53,288 bases of DNA from an uncultured Verrucomicrobiota bacterium (GCA_964449605.1 CAYUZG010000002.1:1-53288); one strand, 5' to 3'; numbered from the stretch's first letter, positions 23,765-31,917 are shown. Numbers and translations: made by a program. Notes: generated from the letters alone by a model not told the origin.

Positions 23765-23779
23765 TGGCACTATTGTTGC
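23765..23779 (+). promoter_or_regulatory. Orphan sigma54 promoter-like element (exact consensus) facing the 3' end of the flagellin genes
   Basis: Plus strand reads TGGCAC-TATTG-TTGC. No plus-strand gene lies downstream, only the antisense of flagellins 2 and 3. Confidence 0.5.
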
Positions 23780-23805
23780 CGGGTCACCGGGCGTTTGTTG
23801 CCGGA

Positions 23806-23838
23806 CAAGAAAACGGCCCGGGTTGAGACGCCCGGGCC
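23806..23838 (-). terminator. Rho-independent terminator of flagellin 2
   Basis: Minus strand reads ggcccggg-cgtctcaa-cccgggcc (8-bp GC stem) followed by GTTTTCTTG. It starts 30 nt after the stop codon. Confidence 0.6.
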
Positions 23839-23867
23839 GGTGCGTGGCAACTTGTCAGGCGGCGGCG

Positions 23868-24695
23868 TTACCCGCCCGTGCCGCCGAGCAGGGCCAGGAG
23901 CGAGGCCGGCGCGATGTTTGCCTGCGTGAGCATCGCGAGCGCCGTCTGCTGCAGGATCTGCAGCTTGGTCAGCTCGAGCTGCTCGAACGCGAGGTCGGCG
24001 TCCTCGATCGTGCTCAGGTTGGCGCGGGTGGTCACCTCGTTGAGGGCCGCTTGCTCGGCCTGGAACTCGAGCCGGTGGATCCAGGTGCCGATCACCTCTT
24101 CGTGCTTGAGGATCTCGGACAGCGCGTCGCTGATCGCCGTGATCGAGGCCTTGATGTTGTCGCGGGTGGCCTGGAGCGTTGTGTCGCCGGTGAGCACGAG
24201 GCTGTCGAGCCCGAGCGAGGAGAGCGTCGGGATGCTGCCGGTGAGCGCGACGTTCTCGAGCTCGCCGAGCGTGAAGCCGGTGTAGAGGATGGGGCTCACA
24301 CCGCTCTCGAGGATGTTCTGGATCTCCTCGATGAACCCGTTCAGGCCGATCTGCAGCCCGATGCGCTCGGCCGAGGTCACCCCGCCGCTGTCGGCCTGGT
24401 AGGCGATGTCGGACATCTCGGTCAGCAGGTCGACGATCTGCGAGAGGCGGCTGTCGTTGGTCTGCAGCCAGTTGGTGCCGCGCTCGATGTTGTGCGCCTG
24501 GTTCTGGTACTTCGAGATGTCGAGCCGCATCGTGCGGGCGATGTACCAGCCGCTCGGCGAGTCGGCGGCGCTGTTGAGCACGCGTCCCGTCGAGAGCCGT
24601 TCCGAGGACTGGAGAATCAGCTGGTTGAGGTCGGACAAGGTCTTGTACGCGCGCAGCGCAGTGATGTTGGTGCGAACTCGTGCTAGATCACTCAT
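23868..24695 (-). CDS. fliC: Flagellin (short, divergent), paralog 2
   Basis: MSDLARVRTNITALRAY...ERLSTGRVLNSAADSPSGWYI...LQTNDSRLS...LELTKLQILQQTALAMLTQAN. Confidence 0.9.
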   Translation of the reverse strand: MSDLARVRTNITALRAYKTLSDLNQLILQSSERLSTGRVLNSAADSPSGWYIARTMRLDISKYQNQAHNIERGTNWLQTNDSRLSQIVDLLTEMSDIAYQADSGGVTSAERIGLQIGLNGFIEEIQNILESGVSPILYTGFTLGELENVALTGSIPTLSSLGLDSLVLTGDTTLQATRDNIKASITAISDALSEILKHEEVIGTWIHRLEFQAEQAALNEVTTRANLSTIEDADLAFEQLELTKLQILQQTALAMLTQANIAPASLLALLGGTGG

Positions 24696-24702
24696 GGCTC
24701 AC

Positions 24703-24801
24703 GCCTCCTTGGCCTCTGGCTGCTCGATCTCTCGCCTGTCTGGCCAGTTGCCTCCTTGGCTCTGTTTTCTCGTGCAGCGCACTGTTCGTGCCTCCGGCAC
24801 G
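24703..24801 (-). promoter_or_regulatory. Flagellin 2 leader: duplicated GCCAAGGAGGC box plus a GGA-loop hairpin (candidate CsrA sites)
   Basis: The 11-nt direct repeat gcctccttggc (plus strand) occurs at 24703-24713, overlapping the SD, and at 24750-24760. The hairpin cgtgcc-GGA-ggcacg (minus strand) lies at 24787-24801. Confidence 0.4.
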
Positions 24802-24812
24802 CGGGCCGGGCC

Positions 24813-25634
24813 CTACGTGCCGATCATGCTCAAGATCGATCCTGGGAACGTGTTGCTCTGGGCCAGCATGGCGAGCGCCGTCTGCTGCAGGATCTGCAGC
24901 TTGGTCAGCTCGACCTGTTCGGCCGCCAGGTCGGCGTCCTGAATCGTGCTGAGGCTCGCCCGCTGATTCACCTCGTCGATGGCCGCCTCGGCCTGCTGGA
25001 ACTCGAGGCGGTGGATCCACGAGCCGATATTCTCCTCGTCCTTGAGGATGCGCGTCATCGCCGCCTCGATCGCGGCGAGCGCTGCGGTTGCGTTCTGGAT
25101 CGTGGTCGGGTCCGCCGAGCTCCCCGTCAGCGTCAAGCTCGTGATGCCGAGATCGCTCGTCGTCGGCACGCTCGAGCCGCTCAGTGAAACGGTGTCGAGG
25201 TTGCCGAGGCTGAAACCGGAGTAGAGAGCCGTGTCCACACCGCTCTGGAGAATCGTGTCGATCTCCTCGACGAAACCGTCCAGATCGATCTGGAGCGCGA
25301 CGCGCTCGTTCGACGTGATGCCGCCGGTGGCCGCCTGCGACGAGACCGCGTACATCTCCTCGAGCAGGTCGAGCACCTGCGACAGGCGCGAATCGTTCGT
25401 CTGAAGCCAGGTGATCCCGCGCTCGAGGTTCGCCTGCATCTCCTTGAGGCGCAAGATGTCGAGCTGCGTGGTCCGGGCGATGAAGTAGCCGCTCGGCGAG
25501 TCCGATGCCCGGTTGATCCGCTTGCCGCTCGATATGCGCTCGGCGACCGTCAGGATCCGCTTATTAATGTCGCTCAGAATGTGATAGGCCCGCAGCGACT
25601 GGATGTTCGTGCGGACTTTGAACAAGCTCGACAT
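24813..25634 (-). CDS. fliC: Flagellin (short, divergent), paralog 3
   Basis: From ATG 25634 (GGAGG RBS): MSSLFKVRTNIQSLRAY...ERISSGKRINRASDSPSGYFI...LQTNDSRLS...VELTKLQILQQTALAMLAQSN. The upstream part of ORF 24813..25736 is rejected. Confidence 0.9.
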   Translation of the reverse strand: MSSLFKVRTNIQSLRAYHILSDINKRILTVAERISSGKRINRASDSPSGYFIARTTQLDILRLKEMQANLERGITWLQTNDSRLSQVLDLLEEMYAVSSQAATGGITSNERVALQIDLDGFVEEIDTILQSGVDTALYSGFSLGNLDTVSLSGSSVPTTSDLGITSLTLTGSSADPTTIQNATAALAAIEAAMTRILKDEENIGSWIHRLEFQQAEAAIDEVNQRASLSTIQDADLAAEQVELTKLQILQQTALAMLAQSNTFPGSILSMIGT

Positions 25635-25706
25635 GACGCGCTCGGAGCCTCCGCTGCCGTCCACGCCCACCTGCACTGTGTGGGCTTTGCGCCGCGTCCG
25701 GACTGA

Positions 25707-25721
25707 GCAATGGGTGTGCCA
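25707..25721 (-). promoter_or_regulatory. Sigma54 promoter (exact consensus) for flagellin 3
   Basis: Minus strand reads TGGCAC-ACCCA-TTGC. It lies 73-87 nt upstream of the ATG at 25634. Confidence 0.7.
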
Positions 25722-25951
25722 GCAAGCGGGTGGCAAGGGATGCCGAGTGTGTAACTGCTTCGTGTAGCGGGTGTTATTGGTGTTGCTGTTTATGCACGGC
25801 CCGCGGTCTCACCCTGCGCATACGTGGAAGCTTCTGCCGATGGGTCGGCCCGCCGCGACCTTCTTTCCCTGCGCGCGGTGGCGCGCATACGACCGGTTTG
25901 GCCGCTTCGGCGACACAGGCGGGGTGTCCGGCATCAACTCGGGGGGTTCGG

Positions 25952-25990
25952 AAGAGAAAACGGCGGCACGGGATCGGGTCCCGTGCCGCC
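25952..25990 (-). terminator. Rho-independent terminator after flgM
   Basis: Minus strand reads ggcggcacggga-cccga-tcccgtgccgcc (perfect 12-bp stem) followed by GTTTTCTCTTCC. Confidence 0.7.
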
Positions 25991-26026
25991 ATCAGTTATC
26001 GTCTTCCTTGGAAGAAGGGCAGGCTG

Positions 26027-26335
26027 CTATTCATCGAGCATCCTGCGGGCGATCTCGTCGGCCACCTCGGAACCGTCATATTCGCCGGCGGCGAGCTTGC
26101 GCTTTGCCTCGGCCACCTTGTCGGGCCGGGCATCTGGCAACTCATTGACGATCCGGACGTAGCGAGCGATCTTGGCCTTCTCCTGAGCTTCGTCGGAGAT
26201 GGCGAGCGAGTCGCTGCCGGCCGCTGTGTCGGCTTTGGCGGCGTTCGGCGACGCCTTGCTCTCGGGCTTCTGCCCCTTCACCGACTTGAGGTGCTCGGTG
26301 AGCTGGACAGAGTCGCTGACCTTCTCGACATCCAT
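26027..26335 (-). CDS. flgM: Anti-sigma-28 factor FlgM
   Basis: C-terminal ...ISDEAQEKAKIARYVRIVNELPDARPDKVAEAKRKLAAGEYDGSEVADEIARRML is the classic FlgM sigma28-binding region. Confidence 0.8.
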   Translation of the reverse strand: MDVEKVSDSVQLTEHLKSVKGQKPESKASPNAAKADTAAGSDSLAISDEAQEKAKIARYVRIVNELPDARPDKVAEAKRKLAAGEYDGSEVADEIARRMLDE

Positions 26336-26362
26336 GCTATCCCCCTAATGCAAGAACAGTGC

Positions 26363-27298
26363 CTACTTGCCACCCTGTACATCGGCACTTTCTGCCGGTT
26401 GCTTTACTTGATTCTCCGACCGAACTTCTCCCGGACGGCCCTCTCCGGCTCGGAGCACGCCAAGCACGTAGGCCGACACCTGGTTGAACTCGGCCACGAT
26501 CGCCTCCATGAGCGCCTCGATCTCGCCCGGCTCGATTCGGAGCATCTCGTAGGTCGGCTGCGGGATCGCAGCGACGCGGTCGTCGCCGCTCGAGCCGAGG
26601 CTCATCGCCTTGGCGAGCGTGTCGGCCGCGCCCACAATGCGGGTTTCCAGCGCATGGCGCTCGGTGAGGTCCGGCTCGTGATGGTACGCCATGGCGTCCA
26701 CCACGAGGTCGGGCAACTCCCAGCGCAGGGCGATTTGCTCGCCGAGCCGGCAGTGGGTGAAGCCGATCGTGGCCCGTTCGGCCTCATAGAGCGAGGTGCG
26801 AAACCGCCACGCCCGGTCGAGCGCCCGGCCAAGCTGGTCGGCCATGTACTGCGCCATGAGCAGGCGGCCGATGTCGTGCAGCAAGCCGGCGACGAAGACG
26901 GCCTCCTCGTGGCGGTGGCGCACGCGGCGCGCCAGGATGCGCGCCCCGGCGGCGACGGCGACCGAATGCTGCCAGAACGCGGTGAAGTCGAGCGGGCCGG
27001 CGCCTTCGGTGGGCTCCTTGAGCGCGCGGCGAGCGTGGCCCAGGATCTGGTGGGAGATCGTGTCGAACCCGAGCAGCAGCACGGCCTGCGAGACGGTGCC
27101 GATCTGGTGCCGCAGCCCATACATGGCCGAGTTGACGAGCCGGAGCACCTGGGCCGTGAGAGACGGATCCTCGGAGATCGCCTCGCTCAGCTCCTGCGCC
27201 GAGACGTCCGCGTTCTGCATCATGCGCACAAGGCGCGCGTGCACGGGCGACATCACCGGCGCCTGGTCGATTCGCTCCAGAACCTGCTCGATCTGCAT
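26363..27298 (-). CDS. HDOD domain signalling protein (second paralog)
   Basis: SPVHARLVRMMQNADVSAQELSEAISEDPSLTAQVLRLVNSAMYGL...LLLGFDTI...FVAGLLHDIGRLLM...HCRLGEQIALRWELPDLVVDAMAYHH. Confidence 0.8.
   Translation of the reverse strand: MQIEQVLERIDQAPVMSPVHARLVRMMQNADVSAQELSEAISEDPSLTAQVLRLVNSAMYGLRHQIGTVSQAVLLLGFDTISHQILGHARRALKEPTEGAGPLDFTAFWQHSVAVAAGARILARRVRHRHEEAVFVAGLLHDIGRLLMAQYMADQLGRALDRAWRFRTSLYEAERATIGFTHCRLGEQIALRWELPDLVVDAMAYHHEPDLTERHALETRIVGAADTLAKAMSLGSSGDDRVAAIPQPTYEMLRIEPGEIEALMEAIVAEFNQVSAYVLGVLRAGEGRPGEVRSENQVKQPAESADVQGGK
26379..26406 (-). promoter_or_regulatory. Candidate sigma28 promoter for flgM inside the HDOD 3' end
   Basis: Minus strand reads TAAA-N16-GCCGATGT (spacer one longer than consensus). 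It lies 44-71 nt upstream of the flgM ATG. Confidence 0.3.
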
Positions 27299-28117
27299 CT
27301 ACTTACCCGACAAGAGCCATTCGTGGTTCGGGTCGGTCCTCGGATAGAGCTTGCGGCCGCGGCCTGCCAGGAACCATAGGTAGTACAACCGGTATCCGGG
27401 ACCCGCGACGACGGGGTGGTATCCCTCGGGGATAGCGACCGCGTCGCCGTCCTGTATCGTGTAGGCCACGTCGAACGTTGCGCCGTCATAAAGCCGCTGC
27501 ATGCCGAAGCCCTGGCTCGGGTCCACCTTGAAGTAGTAGATCTCCTCCATGTCCGCCTCGTGCGGCGGCTCGTGCGCGTCGTGCTTGTGCGGCGGCGCGC
27601 TCGACCAGTTGCCGGGCGGGTTCATCGTCTCGCCGAGCACCAAGTATCGCGCATCCACGTTCTCGTAGAAGATGTCGTCGACCGTCCGGCTCCAGTTGTC
27701 CCGGCCGACGGCCTTCTGGCGCACGCCCGACGGCTCGACCAGGGCCGGCGCGCCCGGTGTGTCTGCCTCGTCAACCCGGCACCAGCACAGGGCCGCCTGG
27801 ACGTCGCTCAGCGCCGCTACCTTGAAGCCGCACCGGGGCGGCAGGTAGACGGCGTGCGCCTTGCCGGAGAACACGTTCTGCCTCGCGCCGACCTCGGCAA
27901 AGGCGGTCTTACCGGCCTCGACGCGGCAACGGCCTCCGAGCACAACAAGGCCTGCCTCTCTGTCACCTGTTTCGGCAGCATAATCTGTGCCTTCCGCCAG
28001 GCTGAGCAGCCCCAGACTGAGGCGTTTCAGGCCGGCGAATCCCGGCGGGACGACCTCTATGTACCCCTGCTTCAACGGCTTACGAACGTGAAAGCGCGGG
28101 CTCATCTCTTGCTGCAT
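27299..28117 (-). CDS. iolB: 5-deoxy-glucuronate isomerase-like cupin (IolB/KduI family)
   Basis: GNWSSAPPHKHDAHEPPHEADMEEIYYFKVDPSQGFGMQRLY...IPEGYHPVVAGPGYRLYYLWFLAG...DPNHEWLL closely follows the B. subtilis IolB pattern. ATG 28117 with a GGAGG RBS is preferred over the TTG at 28135. Confidence 0.8.
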   Translation of the reverse strand: MQQEMSPRFHVRKPLKQGYIEVVPPGFAGLKRLSLGLLSLAEGTDYAAETGDREAGLVVLGGRCRVEAGKTAFAEVGARQNVFSGKAHAVYLPPRCGFKVAALSDVQAALCWCRVDEADTPGAPALVEPSGVRQKAVGRDNWSRTVDDIFYENVDARYLVLGETMNPPGNWSSAPPHKHDAHEPPHEADMEEIYYFKVDPSQGFGMQRLYDGATFDVAYTIQDGDAVAIPEGYHPVVAGPGYRLYYLWFLAGRGRKLYPRTDPNHEWLLSGK

Positions 28118-28183
28118 CGACACGCCTCCAATCAACTGAATGTGCGTGGCCGCACCCAGGGTTCCCGCTGGCCGGCGCTCGCG

Positions 28184-29806
28184 CTAGCTGGCGCCCGCCA
28201 GCCCCTCGGCCAGGGCGTCGAGGTGCCTGCGGAAGTGCTTCTCGAGCGCGGCGTAGTAGTCCTCTTCGTGCGCTGCCAGGACCGCGCAGAGCCGGGCGCG
28301 GAAGTCGTGCTCCGGGCCCGACGTGAGCACCGACCCAAACGCGACGTGCAGCACCTGGCGCCACCCATCGTCGTCAAGGAGCGACTCGTACTGGTCGGGC
28401 GCGATCGCTGCCGGCTTGGGCATCCGGGTCGGGTCGGCCGAGACATGGTAGGTGCGCTTGTCCTCGGCATAGCGGCCGTGGGAGAACTCCAGGATCTCGC
28501 CGAATAGGCCGGCATCGCGCCGCGCAAGGACCCGCAACGCCTCAAGATACGTCGTGCCCGCCGTCTTGACGTGGAGCTTGTCGCCGGCGTGCTTCGTCAT
28601 GATCGGGTAGACGCTGAACTTGTCGCTGCCCGAGTGGATGCTCAGCCGATAGGCGTTGAACGTGTCTCGGATTGCCGCGTGGATCGCGAAGTCGCGCTCG
28701 AACGCGGCGAGGTCGCCCCTGTAGTCGATGCCCTTCTCGAACGCGCCCGGGAAGCGGAGCGCCAGGCTGTCGACGCGCATCTCGAGGCGGCGGAACTCGG
28801 AGGCAATGAACAGGTGCTCGAGCGGCGAGGTCGGCCAGTCGGTCTCGTCGAAGGAAACCTCCAGGTCGAAGCGGTCGCTGCGCTTCTCATCGAGCAGCGC
28901 CGCGAGCCCGGCGCACCGCGCGATGCCGGCCGAGTACTTGACGGCGCAGCGAACGATGCTCTCCTCGTCGAACGCCAGCTTCGCCGTATGCTGGCCGTGG
29001 CGATCGGTGACCGTCTCGCTCGAGCCTGTGTACTCGGCGAGCAGCTCTTCGGGCGAGGACCGGAGCGCCTCCCACGGCAGCGCCCGGAACGCCGCGCGCA
29101 GCGCCTCGTCGCTCAGCGTCTCCGGGTCTGTGATCACGTCGGACGGATCGAGCGTGAACATCGTGTACGGGAACGGCGAGACGCGCTCGATATCGTCGCG
29201 GGTCTTCAGATGGTCGGCGTCGGCGCCCCACAGGCCGGAGTAGCCCTCCTCGAGGATGCCCCAGACGGCGGTCGCCATCACGTCTTCCGGCGTGCGCGCC
29301 GTCCTGTCCATCTCGCGGATCGACTGCTGCGCGAACAGCGGGAAGTAGGCCGAGCCGGCAAGCGCGCGCACGTGGCCGGGCGTCGAGAGGCCGATGCGGT
29401 CGCCCGCGCCGAAACCGGCCTGGCCCGGGTTGGCCGACGGCCGGAGATGCGCAACCTCGCGCTGGAGGTAAGTAGCGTTCGCGTTCGAGCACGGACATAT
29501 ATGAAGCGTCAGGCTGCCGTCGCCGGCGCCGACGGTCTGGGTCACCTCGGGAGGGAGCCCGGAAACCGACCCGACCTGCGCGGCGACGACGAGCACCTTC
29601 TCCGACCCGTCGCGTACCAGAAAAAGCAGGCGCCCCGACTGGAGCAACGGCGAGCGGCTGTACAGGAGGAGGCCGGCGGCCGCGCACCGCTCGGCGATCG
29701 CCGATACCTTTGCCTGAGCTGCCTCGTCCCCTTCCCGTCCGAGGAAGTCGAGAAGCTCCTCGGAGCATCGAGCGAGCGCGTCCGTTCCTTCTCTGTTCTC
29801 AGACAC
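28184..29806 (-). CDS. Tagaturonate/fructuronate epimerase (UxaE) family protein
   Basis: Within ORF 28184..30289. GTG 29806 has a GGAAGGA RBS just after the SDR stop. Motifs recalled for the UxaE family: GFGAGDRIGLSTPGHVRAL...FAQQSIREM.RT.RT...GADADHLKT...SIHSGSDKFS.YP...HVKTAGTTYLEA. Confidence 0.6.
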   Translation of the reverse strand: MSENREGTDALARCSEELLDFLGREGDEAAQAKVSAIAERCAAAGLLLYSRSPLLQSGRLLFLVRDGSEKVLVVAAQVGSVSGLPPEVTQTVGAGDGSLTLHICPCSNANATYLQREVAHLRPSANPGQAGFGAGDRIGLSTPGHVRALAGSAYFPLFAQQSIREMDRTARTPEDVMATAVWGILEEGYSGLWGADADHLKTRDDIERVSPFPYTMFTLDPSDVITDPETLSDEALRAAFRALPWEALRSSPEELLAEYTGSSETVTDRHGQHTAKLAFDEESIVRCAVKYSAGIARCAGLAALLDEKRSDRFDLEVSFDETDWPTSPLEHLFIASEFRRLEMRVDSLALRFPGAFEKGIDYRGDLAAFERDFAIHAAIRDTFNAYRLSIHSGSDKFSVYPIMTKHAGDKLHVKTAGTTYLEALRVLARRDAGLFGEILEFSHGRYAEDKRTYHVSADPTRMPKPAAIAPDQYESLLDDDGWRQVLHVAFGSVLTSGPEHDFRARLCAVLAAHEEDYYAALEKHFRRHLDALAEGLAGAS

Positions 29807-29853
29807 GAGAGGAGTCCTTCCCTTAGCTTCCGACAATACGCCCGGCCGAGAGT

Positions 29854-30705
29854 CTATACACCGGCGAACGCACTGAACCCGCCGTCGACCGGGATGACCG
29901 CTCCGGTGACGAACGCCGCCGAGTCGGACGCGAGCCAGATGGCCACACCGACCAGGTCTTCGGGCTTGCCGAACACGCCCTGGGGCGTCGCGCCGATGAT
30001 CGTCTTGCCCCGGTCCGTGAGAACCTCCTTGCCGCCCTTCTCGGCGAACAGGAGGAAGTGGTTCTGCGCAGTGTCGAAGAACCCCGGCGCGATCGCGTTG
30101 ATGCGGATCTTCGGCGAGGCGTTCTGGGCCATGTCGACGGCCAACCACTGCGTGAAGTTGATGACGGCGGCCTTCGCAGCCGAATAGGCCGGGATCCGGG
30201 TGAGCGGCGTCATGCCTGCCATCGAGGCGATGTTGACGATGCAGCCCGCGCCCTGCTCGGCCATCGCCTTGCCAAACACCTGGCTGCACAGGACGGTTCC
30301 CATCAGGTTCAGATCGAAGACGCGCCGGAAGGCGTCCTCGGGCAGATCGGCGAACGTGACGCCCTCGGCCGGGTTCGTCGTCGCCTTCGGGTGGTTGCCG
30401 CCGGCGCCGTTGACGAGGATGTCGACGCGGCCCGCGCGCTCGACGATCTCCCCGAGAGCCGCCTCGATGCTGGCCCGGTCGAGGACGTCGCAGCGCAGCG
30501 GCGTGATGTTCTCGCTGCCGGCCTCAGCGCGGAGCCGTTCGGCCTGCTGGCGCGTTCGCTCTTCATCGATATCAAGCAGGAACACGCTGGCGCCGGCCCG
30601 GGCGTACCCGGCAGCGATCGCGCCGCACAGCACGCCTCCGCCACCCGTCAGGGCGGCCGCTTTGCCCGCCAGCGAAAACGTATCGGTACCGCGTTTCGGC
30701 ATCAT
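29854..30705 (-). CDS. Short-chain dehydrogenase/reductase (mannonate/fructuronate-reductase-like SDR)
   Basis: TGGGGVLCGAIA (TGxxxGxG), NGAGG, S-x12-YSAAKAA catalytic triad, PGFF..., C-terminal FVTGAVIPVDGGFSA. Confidence 0.85.
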   Translation of the reverse strand: MMPKRGTDTFSLAGKAAALTGGGGVLCGAIAAGYARAGASVFLLDIDEERTRQQAERLRAEAGSENITPLRCDVLDRASIEAALGEIVERAGRVDILVNGAGGNHPKATTNPAEGVTFADLPEDAFRRVFDLNLMGTVLCSQVFGKAMAEQGAGCIVNIASMAGMTPLTRIPAYSAAKAAVINFTQWLAVDMAQNASPKIRINAIAPGFFDTAQNHFLLFAEKGGKEVLTDRGKTIIGATPQGVFGKPEDLVGVAIWLASDSAAFVTGAVIPVDGGFSAFAGV

Positions 30706-30764
30706 CGCGCCTCGTCTCTCTCTGTCCGTGTGTTGCCGCGTCAGGGGTCCCCGTGGCTGCTCCC

Positions 30765-30792
30765 TTTATACCACAAAGCACGGCATTGTCGC
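30765..30792 (-). promoter_or_regulatory. Candidate sigma70-type promoter upstream of the SDR gene
   Basis: Minus strand reads GCGACA-N16-(TGg)TATAAA. This is the only AT-rich patch in the 147-nt gap between the NeuB-like stop and the SDR start. Confidence 0.3.
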
Positions 30793-30852
30793 ATGGGGTG
30801 ACGCGAGCACCGGAGAAAGGGGTAGGACCTGCCCAGCGCAGGGCTGGGGCCG

Positions 30853-31917
30853 TCAGACGTCGTCCCAGCGAATGGGGGCCATACGCGGGATGGCGCGTTT
30901 GGCGGTGCGGCCGAGGACTTCCCCGAGGGACTTCGGCGCGATCCCCTTGGCGGGCTTGAGGATGCGGATCGCCTCCTCGGTCAGCGCCTCGCCCGCCGCG
31001 ATGTCGCGCGCGGCAAAGAGGCCGCGCCGGCTGTCGACGAGGATCGAGCGTTCCGAGGCGGTCGGCGCTTTCTCCGCCGTGCCGCGGGCCTGCTCGACCC
31101 GGCGCACGGCGCTGACGAGGCGGGCAAGCTCGGCGGGATCGAGCGAGAGCTGCTGGTCCGGGCCGGGCATCTCTTTGTCGAGGGTGAAATGCTTCTCGAC
31201 GATGCAGGCGCCCATCGCGACGGCGGCGATCGCGACCTCGACGCCGAGCGTGTGGTCCGAGAAGCCGACGGGCACATCGAAGGCGTCGCGGAGCGTCGCC
31301 ATCGCGTTCAGGTTCACCTCGTCGTCCGCAGGCGGGTAGACGCTCGTGCACTGGAGCAGGATGATGTCGTCGTTGCCCGCGTCGCGGCAGCACGCGACCG
31401 CCTCGCCGACCTCGTCGATGGTCGACAGGCCCGTCGAGATGATGACCGGCAAGCCGGTCGCAGCCGCGCAGCGGATCAGCGGCAGGTGCGTCACGTCGCT
31501 GGAGGAGATCTTGAACGCCGGGGTGCCGAGCGACTGCAGGGGACCGACCATCCCGAGGTCGAATACCGAGGTGAAGAGCGTCATGCCCACGTCGCGGGCC
31601 GCGGCGAAGAGCCGCCCGTGCGCCTCGGGCGACAGCTCGAGGCTCTTGTACATCTCGTACGACGACTTCGTGCCGCCGGTGACGCCCTCGACCGCTTTCG
31701 TCTCGACGAGCTCGGTATCGCACATCTCGGCGGCCTGGAACGACTGGAACTTGATCGCGTCGGCGCCGGCCAGACGGGCCACCTCGATCATGCGAACGGC
31801 CGTGGCCAGGTCACCGTTGTGATTCACGCCGGCTTCGGCGACGAGGTAGGTCGGCTCGTCTGGCCCGATCGTGCGTCCGGCGATCGTCACGGCATGCACG
31901 GCGCAGTCTCCTGCCAC
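30853..31917 (-). CDS. Nonulosonic acid synthase (NeuB/PseI/LegI family)
   Basis: IGPDEPTYLVAEAGVNHNGDLATAVRMIEVARLAGADAIKFQ...PAFKISSSDVTHLPLI...PVIISTG...LLQCTSVYP...VGFSDHTLG...VEKHFTLD, plus a C-terminal SAF-like segment. The start is uncertain: GTG at 31917, 31899 or 31890. Confidence 0.85.
   Translation of the reverse strand: MAGDCAVHAVTIAGRTIGPDEPTYLVAEAGVNHNGDLATAVRMIEVARLAGADAIKFQSFQAAEMCDTELVETKAVEGVTGGTKSSYEMYKSLELSPEAHGRLFAAARDVGMTLFTSVFDLGMVGPLQSLGTPAFKISSSDVTHLPLIRCAAATGLPVIISTGLSTIDEVGEAVACCRDAGNDDIILLQCTSVYPPADDEVNLNAMATLRDAFDVPVGFSDHTLGVEVAIAAVAMGACIVEKHFTLDKEMPGPDQQLSLDPAELARLVSAVRRVEQARGTAEKAPTASERSILVDSRRGLFAARDIAAGEALTEEAIRILKPAKGIAPKSLGEVLGRTAKRAIPRMAPIRWDDV

Noticed and set aside
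24696-24812. Search for a dedicated sigma28 or sigma54 promoter for flagellin 2.
   Set aside because: Neither TAAA-N15-GCCGATAA nor TGGCAC-N5-TTGC (nor one-mismatch versions) is readable on the minus strand in this 117-nt spacer. No promoter was called. Read-through from flagellin 3, or a promoter inside its 3' end, remains possible.
25836-25843. Plus-strand GCCGATGG resembling a sigma28 -10 box.
   Set aside because: There is no TAAA-like -35 at 15-16 nt upstream and no plus-strand gene downstream.
28118-28135. TTG start proposed by the ORF track for the IolB-like gene.
   Set aside because: The ATG at 28117 has a well-spaced GGAGG RBS. The TTG has none and would add only six residues.
29807-30289. 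N-terminal 160-aa extension of the UxaE-like ORF (track ORF 28184..30289, 701 aa).
   Set aside because: The extension overlaps the SDR gene out of frame and is Arg/Gly-rich. A GTG at 29806 with a GGAAGGA RBS sits just downstream of the SDR stop and gives a protein of plausible length.
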